Below, one piece after another: positions 1-7,475 of a stretch of 64,000 nt of DNA. Source of the stretch: a virus. Taxonomy: Duplodnaviria; Caudoviricetes. The stretch is from IMG/VR virus record IMGVR_UViG_3300028914_000061, positions 64,001-128,000 of that record; one strand, 5' to 3'. How positions within the stretch are numbered: position 1 is the first letter of the stretch; each line of letters begins with the position of its first letter. The notes below the pieces were generated by a model. That model was given only the letters and a program-made list of their open reading frames with translations, had not been told where the DNA came from and ran no database searches. Both the position numbers and the translations under genes were made by a program.

Positions 1-55
1 GTTAGTTCGCTGCCCTTTCACGGCAGTAATACGGGTTCGAGTCCCGTTGGCACGA
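1..55 (+). tRNA. tRNA-Glu(TTC), 5'-truncated by window edge
   Basis: Anticodon arm CTGCC-CTTTCAC-GGCAG, T arm ACGGG-TTCGAGT-CCCGT. Confidence 0.85.
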
Positions 56-129
56 CTCTCGCCGAGTTAGTTTCTAATCCGGAGCGCTTAACGTACACAC
101 GTTAGTAAGTAGGAAACAAGGCGAGTTTT

Positions 130-204
130 CGGCTAGTGGTGTAATTGGTTAGCACGTCACCCTGATAAGGTGAAAGTTTGGTGGTTCGAGTCCACCCTAG
201 CCGA
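130..204 (+). tRNA. tRNA-Ile(GAT)
   Basis: Acceptor CGGCTAG/CTAGCCG, arm TCACC-CTGATAA-GGTGA, GGTTCGAGTCC. Confidence 0.93.
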
Positions 205-219
205 CAAAATATGCAAAAA

Positions 220-251
220 TTTGTGAAATAATTTATTTTTTTGTATATTTA
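220..251 (+). promoter_or_regulatory. Class II promoter TTTG-N20-TATATTTA (Bacteroidetes sigmaA-like)
   Basis: Same spacing at 6643, 12461, 39616, 40960, 42937; resembles Bacteroidetes -33 TTTG / -7 TAnnTTTG. Confidence 0.65.
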
Positions 252-258
252 TAAAACA

Positions 259-398
259 AGAAAGTAGTATTCCTGTCAAGGGCGAAACAATTGATGGGTT
301 AGAGCCATACCGTTAGAAACACGGTCATAATGTTAGGGTACAAGTCGGGTAAAACTGACACCAGTCGGAATGACAAGTTAAATTATGGTTCACTTTCT
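259..398 (+). ncRNA. Putative structured ncRNA
   Basis: Closing helix AGAAAGT/ACTTTCT, internal hairpins, no ORF, directly after promoter. Confidence 0.45.
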
Positions 399-402
399 AA
401 AT

Positions 403-477
403 GGGGCGTTAGCTCAGTCTGGCTAGAGCGGTAGCTTTGCAAGCTTCAGGTCGTGGGTTCGAATCCCACACGCTCCA
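403..477 (+). tRNA. tRNA-Ala(TGC)
   Basis: GGGGCGT/ACGCTCC with G3:U70, loop TTTGCAA, T arm. Confidence 0.93.
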
Positions 478-600
478 CAAAACATATTCAGGTATAGAAG
501 ACGCAAATTCTAAGAGACTGCTCTGTGTTTTGGACGATATATGTGTACCAAACCAATGTTCAAGTTGCGTATTGAACTGAGGGCATGTATAATCGAAAAA

Positions 601-669
601 AAGTGTCTATGGTGTAAGTGGTGAGCACACCCAATGGAGGGAGGTACGGTTCGAGTCCGTGGATTACTT
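601..669 (+). ncRNA. tRNA-like RNA with reduced anticodon arm
   Basis: D-like GTGTAAGTGGTGAGCAC, T arm ACGG-TTCGAGT-CCGT, only CCC-AATGGA-GGG between them. Confidence 0.5.
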
Positions 670-843
670 CAATTTTTTTCTTATTATTTAAAAGGATGAA
701 GTTGGTAGCGCCACAACGTAATGTAACAAGTCCCTGAAATGGTCATTTCAAACTGTGTTCCTTATCGTAGTTAAGGGAAAGTCTTTTACGGTTTCTATAA
801 TGCGAAAGCCAAAATGTATCAAAGGAAGCAAACCGTTTTATTT

Positions 844-970
844 GGAGGTATAGTTTAGTGGTAGAATGACGTAAAATGAAAATAGCATTTTGGTCATTTA
901 AAAATGTTAACAGCATATGAGTTCAATGCCTTTCCCGCCGTTGATGTAGGTTCGATTCCTGCTGCCTCCG
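844..970 (+). tRNA. tRNA (TTC, Glu-like) interrupted by 56-nt insert (872-927)
   Basis: Removing 872-927 gives ACGGC-CTTTCCC-GCCGT and a 71-nt cloverleaf with acceptor GGAGGTA/TGCCTCC; C37 is atypical. Confidence 0.75.
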
Positions 971-1124
971 CTATGAGATACCAATAGGTTTACTTAATCA
1001 TATGTCAGAAGTACAATGACGTTAGAGTATGGGATTGCCGGAAGCTAACGGTGTGATACATAACTTCGCACAATTGGTAACAATTCATGTTAGTTGCAAA
1101 TGACATGATGCTCATTTTTTTTAT

Positions 1125-1256
1125 TGGCCAGTAGCTCAGTTGGCAGAGCAACGGAATGAAAAGAAAACGCATTTTGGCCTAAAGATGTTAACAGCAATGA
1201 AAAATTTTCGACTGTTAATCCGTGGGCCGCAGGTTCGAGTCCTGCCTGACCAGCCA
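1125..1256 (+). tRNA. tRNA-Asn(GTT) interrupted by 56-nt insert (1154-1209)
   Basis: Removing the insert gives a canonical 76-nt tRNA, ACGGA-CTGTTAA-TCCGT, encoded CCA. Confidence 0.88.
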
Positions 1257-1359
1257 ATATGTCTTGTGTTGGTGCGTAACCATCGGGCACTAAATGTTGA
1301 AACAAACAGGATTAAGTTCCTCGAAAGCCATTAATCAGTTCAACTCTGATGGGACATAT
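1257..1359 (+). ncRNA. tRNA-like RNA (acceptor plus T arm, non-canonical core)
   Basis: ATATGTCTT/GGGACATAT closing helix, ATCAG-TTCAACT-CTGAT T arm. Confidence 0.5.
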
Positions 1360-1366
1360 TTTTTAT

Positions 1367-1442
1367 GCATGTATGAAGCAGATTGGATGTGCTACCAGCG
1401 TGATAAGGCTGGGCTATGTTGGTTCGAATCCAACTGCATGCG
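1367..1442 (+). tRNA. Atypical tRNA (Ile GAT-like) with 8-nt anticodon loop
   Basis: GCATGTA/TGCATGC, CCAGC-GTGATAAG-GCTGG, GTTGG-TTCGAAT-CCAAC. Confidence 0.7.
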
Positions 1443-1483
1443 CAAATTACCTGAACACATAGGGTGATTTATCTGTACAGATT

Positions 1484-1637
1484 GGGTGTGTAGACTGAAT
1501 GGGAAAATTGGTATCAAAAGTACATTCGGATATGACTGAAATGCAGATAGGTCATATTGACGGGATGCAACTTGAGAAGATTTGAAGATGCGCCCGGTAA
1601 GCTCCGGGAGATACGGGTTCGAATCCCGTCACACTTA
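1484..1637 (+). ncRNA. tRNA-like RNA with greatly expanded D region and 6-nt loop
   Basis: GGGTGTG/CACACTT, CCCGG-TAAGCT-CCGGG, ACGGG-TTCGAAT-CCCGT. Confidence 0.55.
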
Positions 1638-1642
1638 CAATA

Positions 1643-1709
1643 GGAAAACATACAGCAACTTTAATTCAGTTACAATCTTTTAAATTGTGGGACTAAAATT
1701 TCGTTTTCC
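1643..1709 (+). ncRNA. Stand-alone ACAGCA element enclosing a Lys(TTT)-like anticodon stem-loop
   Basis: GGAAAAC/GTTTTCC helix, ATACAGCAA, ACAAT-CTTTTAA-ATTGT. Confidence 0.65.
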
Positions 1710-1796
1710 GTTTAATATATGGTTGGCAAAGATGAGTTAGCTAGCAAACATTACCCCAAAAGTTATTCATACTTAGGTTATAACGCCAATCATTAT

Positions 1797-1878
1797 GGGG
1801 AAGTGGTGGAACTGGTAGACACGTATGCCCAAGGAGCATATGCCGAAAGGCGTGTGGGTTCGACTCCCACCTTCCCTA
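1797..1878 (+). tRNA. tRNA-Leu(AAG)
   Basis: Type II cloverleaf with long variable arm, TATGC-CCAAGGA-GCATA; C33 and A34 unusual. Confidence 0.88.
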
Positions 1879-1886
1879 CTTAATAT

Positions 1887-2018
1887 GCCCTGTAGTCAAA
1901 GTTGTAGAACAACTATTACGTATGTCGTTGTTTCTGTAATTTCTGGTGATTTATTTGACCGTACTTTGTTAATACATGTTAATACGAAGTATGAAGGTTC
2001 GATTCCTTTACTGAGGCG
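1887..2018 (+). ncRNA. tRNA-like RNA with expanded D and anticodon arms
   Basis: T arm GAAGG-TTCGATT-CCTTT, GTCAA/TTGAC enclosing a long hairpin, GTACTTTGT/ACGAAGTAT arm. Confidence 0.5.
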
Positions 2019-2028
2019 CAAGGAGAAA

Positions 2029-2099
2029 GCCTTGTTAGTTTAGTGGTAGAATGATACCCTCGTAAAGTATAGACGATGGTTCGATTCCATCACTTGGCT
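2029..2099 (+). tRNA. tRNA-Thr(CGT)
   Basis: Loop CTCGTAA, GATGG-TTCGATT-CCATC; acceptor stem has two U:U mismatches. Confidence 0.8.
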
Positions 2100-2131
2100 C
2101 AATATTTATTAAAGAACAAAAAAGATTATTT

Positions 2132-2392
2132 ATGAAAAAGTTATTTTTAACAATTACTATTGTTTTTGCATTGCTTACAAGTTGCATTGCACAAAATGGA
2201 GGAGGATTATTCCAAAGGGGTGAAAATCCTGAAAGTGAAAAAACCCAAGTTATTTATAACAGAGAAGGGGGATTTCCTGGTCTTCCGCCACACGGAGAAG
2301 AAGGCGACCAACCTGCACCTGTAGGCGCAGGAACTGTTTTACTTATTGGCTTTGGTGCTGCTTATGCAATGTACAAGAAAAACAAAAAGTAA
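2132..2392 (+). CDS. Small exported protein with PID/PEP-CTERM-like C-terminal sorting signal
   Basis: Signal peptide, Pro/Gly-rich body, PAPVGAG + TM + KKNKK tail. Confidence 0.75.
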   Translation: MKKLFLTITIVFALLTSCIAQNGGGLFQRGENPESEKTQVIYNREGGFPGLPPHGEEGDQPAPVGAGTVLLIGFGAAYAMYKKNKK

Positions 2393-2394
2393 AG

Positions 2395-2670
2395 AAAACT
2401 CAACGCTGATGAGTATAAATAAGACAGCCGTACAGCCATCGTGAACGGTAGCAGTACTGGACTAAACTGTTAAAATAAAGGCCCTAAGGGAGAGGTAACG
2501 TTACTCCTTAAAACTAGCGAATTTCAAGTAGATTCATGGGTTATCGAAAGGCTTTAGAAATGTTAAGTAAAAAGACCTTATGCCAGCGATTGACACTCTA
2601 CACGGGGAGTGTAGGCCACGAAAAATGTGGTGGTTGAAAAAGTACCAGGGTTCGACTCCTATATCAATCA
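2395..2670 (+). ncRNA. Putative ncRNA with 3' tRNA-like domain (2588-2670)
   Basis: No ORF; GATTGA/TCAATC closing, 6-bp D-like stem, CCAC-GAAAAAT-GTGG, variable arm, GGTTCGACTCC. Confidence 0.45.
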
Positions 2671-2690
2671 AGGAAATCCATTTTTCAGAT

Positions 2691-2768
2691 GGTGTCTATA
2701 GTGTTAGTGGTCGAGCACGCAAGTTTGTGGCACTTGTAGCCTCAGTTCGAATCTGAGTAGACACCCCA
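2691..2768 (+). tRNA. tRNA-His(GTG)
   Basis: G-1, CAAGT-TTGTGGC-ACTTG, C73, encoded CCA. Confidence 0.93.
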
Positions 2769-3073
2769 ATAGCAAGTACGGACCACATAGTAGTGTTCAG
2801 GGTAAGCCGTAAAGGTATCAGCTGTAGGGTTACGGTGTAGTCAGGGACCCATGTCCCCCAGCCTGATGAAGGAGTGTTGGTAATTTGCGAATCTCGTAAA
2901 TTAAAGGTGAACTGCAACCGATTCCGTGAGGGGCCATAAGATGACAAGCAACAGGAGCGTAAAAGTAGAGAAAAATGTGCAATCTGCATCAAGGTCTAGG
3001 TTAGCCCTCTCCCCATTGCACACTTACCACATAGTGGTTGTTCTCGCCTTGTCTCGTGAATTTACCTTGCTAT
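2769..3073 (+). ncRNA. About 305-nt putative structured ncRNA between tRNA-His and tRNA-Ser
   Basis: ATAGCAAG/CTTGCTAT end-to-end helix, raised GC, no credible ORF. Confidence 0.55.
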
Positions 3074-3078
3074 TTTAT

Positions 3079-3164
3079 GGAGATGTGGCCGAGTGGTTTA
3101 AGGCGGCTCTCTGCTAAGGAGTTGGGCCCATAAAGCCCCGCAGGTTCGAATCCTGCCATCTCCG
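3079..3164 (+). tRNA. tRNA-Ser(GCT)
   Basis: GGAGATG/CATCTCC, loop CTGCTAA, long variable arm, G73. Confidence 0.93.
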
Positions 3165-3294
3165 CAGAACGTGGCCAAAGCACGTTTTTAACACAAAAAT
3201 TAAAGTGTTGGAGTATAATAAAGTGAAAATGTGGTCTGCAAGCCCATCGGTAAGCCAACGTGCTTTGAAAGTTCTTTGCCTTTGCAGGGGCAAT

Positions 3295-3367
3295 TTGTTT
3301 ATGGTGTAACAGGGAGCATGCCTGTCGTGAAGACAGGAGGAGTCGGGTTCGAGACCCACTGAGCAGC
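3295..3367 (+). tRNA. Atypical tRNA, loop CGTGAAG (nominal TGA), short variable loop
   Basis: CCTGT/ACAGG stem, D and T arms present, G:U-rich acceptor, G33. Confidence 0.55.
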
Positions 3368-3368
3368 T

Positions 3369-3519
3369 AAATAATTGAGAGGGAGTTGTCTGTTGAGAAT
3401 CAAGCTTACTCAGTGGAAACGGATAGCGGGAAAATGGTTACTACCGAAACTTCATTACGGGGTGTGTGACAAAGGAGTATTAGGTGTATGAAGGAAACTA
3501 ATACGTGTATCAATTATTT
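3369..3519 (+). ncRNA. Putative structured ncRNA
   Basis: 10-bp closing helix AAATAATTGA/TCAATTATTT, internal hairpins. Confidence 0.4.
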
Positions 3520-3548
3520 TTTATTTCAGATTTCACGATGTCAAAAAT

Positions 3549-3579
3549 AAAGGTCGCTGAGTTTTCAACGACCTTTTTT
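3549..3579. terminator. Bidirectional intrinsic terminator
   Basis: AAAGGTCG...CGACCTTTTTT between convergent units. Confidence 0.8.
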
Positions 3580-3580
3580 G

Positions 3581-5641
3581 TTATTCTATTGTGTTAAGTA
3601 TCCGAGCAAGTTCACATGAATACATTCCCGTTGCTTCAGGAAACATATATTCGCCAAATTCTTCACAAAGTTCTTCCTCGTTTATTTCTCCATCATTATA
3701 ATCGTGTATAAATTCTTCTATTTCTCCATTATCTTCATCGAAATAGTCAATCAGATAATCAACTAATCCATGGGCTATCTCATGGCCTATAGAAATCCTC
3801 GCCTGAGCCTTTATATTGAAATCATCGGTATCTATACCATTTTTAACCATTAATGCGTGTATGAGCCCCAAATTGACCCCTATTGGGATAATTTTCTCAC
3901 CTATTAAGTTTCTTGAACGCTCGTAAACGGCAAGCCAATTTTTATCACCAAAATTATAATTGTAATCAAGTTCAACCGAAATACCCAATCTTCTCAAAAA
4001 TTCATTCTCCAAATCATTAACACACTCATAGGCATGTTCCATGAATTTACGTTTCCAAATGTCAAATGAATTAACTGATTCGTTCAATTCTTCTTTACCT
4101 TCAAGTCTATCTGCCAAAGTTTGTATGCTGACACAATTTTTGTCTTGAAGTGTAAAGTGGCTTCTTTCTATATAGAAATAAATCGGCACTCTTTGGGCAA
4201 ATTCACTCTTTGATATTTTCAATAATGCCTTTTTGTCTGCATCAAATTGTTTGAAACCCATCATCAAAGAATCATAATCAGGATAGTATATATCAACACG
4301 GTTCAAATAAGCGCTGACGTGAGTAAGGTTATCTCTATATGGTAGTTGTAATCCTTCTTCTGCTTGGTTTTGGTATTCATGTCTTTGAAGTGAACCAAGA
4401 TTAAGTTCTTTTGGTAGCCCCAACTTAACAGGTGCTAAACCCATTCTTCTTTGCTTTTCGTAATAATATTCTTTGTCTTGGTATCTTGACTTGCTTGATT
4501 CGTTACCAGGAATTTGTCTGTTGAATGCGGCATCGTATCTATCTCTCTTTGGAGAATAGTATTCCATTGGCTTAACATTCAATACATCGTGATTTGAATT
4601 GAGTTTATCTGTGTTAAATTCAAGCCTTACAAATGGATGCATTCTATAATATGATGCATTGGCAAATCCCTCAAAGTCACTTCTATGTCTTGTCAATGAT
4701 ATGTGTGAATTACCATCCCAATATTTAGTGTTATAAAATGCCGAATACAGTTCATCAGATTCAGCAATAAGACTAAATCTGTATAAGGTTGTGAAATGAT
4801 ACAAAGATTTCATGTTTGTGTGCTCGTTCAATGTACACTCTTCCAAATCATTTATGTTTCCTAAAAATTTTTCAAACCTCTTTCCATGGATGTCTTTTAT
4901 GCTTCCATAAGTGTTATTTAGGAATTCAAGCATATCTTTTAGTTTTACACAATGCTTGTCCTGCAAAGCAAAATTCCTTGCATTGGTGTAAACAAATATA
5001 GGCACGTAATTTGCAAATACGCTATCACCTATTTCTTGATATTCGGATAATAAGTTATTCCATCCATCGTAATCTTTAAGTACTTCGTTAAATTCTTTAA
5101 ACAAAATATCTATTCTGTCAATATACTTGTGTATATTTTTTAACTTTGGCCTGTATTTATCATTCTTAATTTGCAACCCTTCTTCAGCCTGATTGTGAAA
5201 CTCAATCCTGTCGCCATTTTCTTCCCTATAAAACGGGTTCTGATAATGGGCCTTTGACGTTGTGTAATGAGAAAACATATAAGCGCCATGTCTTTTTGGA
5301 GAATAAAACTCCATTGGCTTTATGTTCAAAACATCATGCTTTGAATTTAATTTTTCTATGTTAAATTGTATCCTTACATTGTTGTTTCTTTCGTTGGCAA
5401 AAGCAAACCCCTCAAAATTGCTTTTATGCCTTGTCAATGATATGTGGCTATTGTTATCCCAATAATCCTTCAGGTAGTTTGCACCCAACAATTCATCAGT
5501 GTTAACAATTTCACGTAAACTGTATATTGACGTGAAATGATACAAAGATTTCATGTTAGTGTGCTCATCAATTATATTCTTAACACACTCGCTTACTATC
5601 TTTTCAATGTCTTCTATTGTGTATTCAATCAATTTTTCCAT
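3581..5641 (-). CDS. Polyvalent protein: two tandem ADP-ribosyltransferase-like domains plus C-terminal HExxH metallopeptidase
   Basis: Duplicated EHTNMKSLYHFT...ISLTRH...NQAEE, GHEIAHG, LNE linkers. Confidence 0.7.
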   Translation of the reverse strand: MEKLIEYTIEDIEKIVSECVKNIIDEHTNMKSLYHFTSIYSLREIVNTDELLGANYLKDYWDNNSHISLTRHKSNFEGFAFANERNNNVRIQFNIEKLNSKHDVLNIKPMEFYSPKRHGAYMFSHYTTSKAHYQNPFYREENGDRIEFHNQAEEGLQIKNDKYRPKLKNIHKYIDRIDILFKEFNEVLKDYDGWNNLLSEYQEIGDSVFANYVPIFVYTNARNFALQDKHCVKLKDMLEFLNNTYGSIKDIHGKRFEKFLGNINDLEECTLNEHTNMKSLYHFTTLYRFSLIAESDELYSAFYNTKYWDGNSHISLTRHRSDFEGFANASYYRMHPFVRLEFNTDKLNSNHDVLNVKPMEYYSPKRDRYDAAFNRQIPGNESSKSRYQDKEYYYEKQRRMGLAPVKLGLPKELNLGSLQRHEYQNQAEEGLQLPYRDNLTHVSAYLNRVDIYYPDYDSLMMGFKQFDADKKALLKISKSEFAQRVPIYFYIERSHFTLQDKNCVSIQTLADRLEGKEELNESVNSFDIWKRKFMEHAYECVNDLENEFLRRLGISVELDYNYNFGDKNWLAVYERSRNLIGEKIIPIGVNLGLIHALMVKNGIDTDDFNIKAQARISIGHEIAHGLVDYLIDYFDEDNGEIEEFIHDYNDGEINEEELCEEFGEYMFPEATGMYSCELARILNTIE

Positions 5642-5642
5642 A

Positions 5643-6605
5643 TTAAACCTTCAATGGGTCATAATCTACTATTTCATCAAATGAGTTTGATAATTCTTTT
5701 TTTGCAATTTCAACCAAGTCGTTTGAACTTACAAACAATCCAGAATCTTTCTTGACTTCAACTTTTGCCATGTCGTTTATATAGTAATATGGTTTTCCGT
5801 TAACTGTTGCAACAATTGACAATATCTTGTCCAAATTGAATGCTTTTCCTTGGAATGTCTTATCCAATTCTGCCTTTTCTTTCATGTATAGTTCAAGTGC
5901 TTCACCTGACAACACATCGGTAACGGCTTTTTCAGGCTTTGGCGCTTGGAAAGGTGTGCTCATTGCATTTACAACGCTTGATGGTATTTCACCAATTACT
6001 TGTCCATTTGTTCCGATTACATAGAATTTTGATTTTGATGCTGGACTACCTGCTGCATTGAAACGCTTTTCAACATCACCTCTTGTGTTTGTTACAACAT
6101 TTGATGATGCATCGTTCTTTTCTACTTGATGCATTGGGTCCCCTAAAATACCTGCTGTTTGAATACCAACTCCGTTTCTCATTCTCAAATCACGTAATTT
6201 GTCGGCATATGCTCCATATGCTTTTCCATAGTTCTTTTCTGTTGTCCAATGCAAAACATATCTTGTAACCATGATAATACCTGCAATTCCTTGAAGTTTC
6301 TTAATTTTGCCTTCAGCATCGTCATTGAATTGCTTTATTTGTGGATACCAATGCTCGTTGCCTTCTTCACCATATCCATTAAGTGCTTTTGTCATATCGT
6401 CAGTTCTCCAACTTCTCTTTGTTCCATAGAATGACTTACCTGTTACATATGTTAATGAAACATAACATCCTGCATTTGTTTCATCTTGTGCATCCAAAAT
6501 ATCTATAATATCGTTCCTGCCGACTTGCTTTCTTTCAATTTTAACCCCCTCATATAAGTTCATTCTATTCATGAGACTTAGGGCTTCATTCAACTGTTTA
6601 TCCAT
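5643..6605 (-). CDS. Hypothetical, probable virion protein
   Basis: 320 aa, N-terminal QLNEALSLMNRM, upstream CTATTTAT. Confidence 0.75.
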   Translation of the reverse strand: MDKQLNEALSLMNRMNLYEGVKIERKQVGRNDIIDILDAQDETNAGCYVSLTYVTGKSFYGTKRSWRTDDMTKALNGYGEEGNEHWYPQIKQFNDDAEGKIKKLQGIAGIIMVTRYVLHWTTEKNYGKAYGAYADKLRDLRMRNGVGIQTAGILGDPMHQVEKNDASSNVVTNTRGDVEKRFNAAGSPASKSKFYVIGTNGQVIGEIPSSVVNAMSTPFQAPKPEKAVTDVLSGEALELYMKEKAELDKTFQGKAFNLDKILSIVATVNGKPYYYINDMAKVEVKKDSGLFVSSNDLVEIAKKELSNSFDEIVDYDPLKV

Positions 6606-6700
6606 AATCTACTCTATATTTTAAAATAAATAGTTTGAAAGTTTTGTTATTACATTTTTTATTTGTATATTCAACATGTTAAATGATAAAATTTTAATAA

Positions 6701-6946
6701 ATGATTACATTCCATTTTGTGTTCATGTCAACAATTCAATTGTTCTTCTTATTCATTGTATTCGTTGCCATAGTCTATATAACGAAATGTATTGACTTAT
6801 GGCTTGATTCAAGGAAGAAAGAACATTTTACCATTAGGTTTATTAACTTATTGATTTGTGACATGGCATCAAACCTTGCAATCATTATGCCTTTCTTAAT
6901 AGTTGCGTATATTTTGATAATGACAGTAGTATTAATTTGTTTGTAA
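6701..6946 (+). CDS. Hypothetical membrane protein
   Basis: Two hydrophobic segments, class II promoter upstream. Confidence 0.65.
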   Translation: MITFHFVFMSTIQLFFLFIVFVAIVYITKCIDLWLDSRKKEHFTIRFINLLICDMASNLAIIMPFLIVAYILIMTVVLICL

Positions 6947-6947
6947 T

Positions 6948-7469
6948 ATGTGTTTATACAGTAAAACGGGAAAACTTGAAGTAGCAGAAAAAGACCTTGA
7001 CTGCTACAAAGTAGTATGTAAATCAAAGTTTGTTGAATTCGATGAATTTGGCTTAGGAATTATTCCATGGATTAGCCCAATAAAAAAGTTCTTTAAAAGG
7101 CTAAGAAGGTCAAGGTACTTTACACCGTATCAACAAAAGAGAATAACAAATTCAGTTATTAAAGGTAATGAAAATCTAATTGCAGAAGGTAACGAGGTAA
7201 TTGAAGACCCAAGATATAGTTGGAACAACACTTACAGCGTATCAGAAGGCTTTATCCACTCATTTAGGGGCCTTTCAGTAATACTAAAACACTTTGAAAA
7301 CGCAAGTTTATTCATGTCAAGAGACGATAAGTCATATGAACTGTATAAATGTGTAATTCCTAAAGGAACAACATATATTTCAGGCGTTGATAATGATGGA
7401 GTTACTTGTTATGCATCCAAAGAAATTAAGTTTGTTGAAAAAATTGCAGAAAGATTAATCGAAAAATAA
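6948..7469 (+). CDS. MCL/CYK/IPKGT family paralog 1
   Basis: Shared motifs MC..CYK..TP..GFIH..CxIPKGT..YAS. Confidence 0.85.
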   Translation: MCLYSKTGKLEVAEKDLDCYKVVCKSKFVEFDEFGLGIIPWISPIKKFFKRLRRSRYFTPYQQKRITNSVIKGNENLIAEGNEVIEDPRYSWNNTYSVSEGFIHSFRGLSVILKHFENASLFMSRDDKSYELYKCVIPKGTTYISGVDNDGVTCYASKEIKFVEKIAERLIEK

Positions 7470-7475
7470 AATACC

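Noticed and set aside
844-1256. Group I or archaeal BHB introns
   Set aside because: 56 nt is too short for a group I core, and no bulge-helix-bulge is evident at the junctions
2405-2450. Hammerhead ribozyme at CTGATGAG (and CTGATGA near 2864)
   Set aside because: No stem II followed by GAAA in the right register
2395-3073. tmRNA or RNase P RNA
   Set aside because: No Ala-type GGGG..CCA ends or tag frame, and no GAGGAAAGTCC motif
1090-3359. Short ORFs over tRNAs (also 30392-30862, 40144-40443)
   Set aside because: They are translations of tRNA or ncRNA sequence
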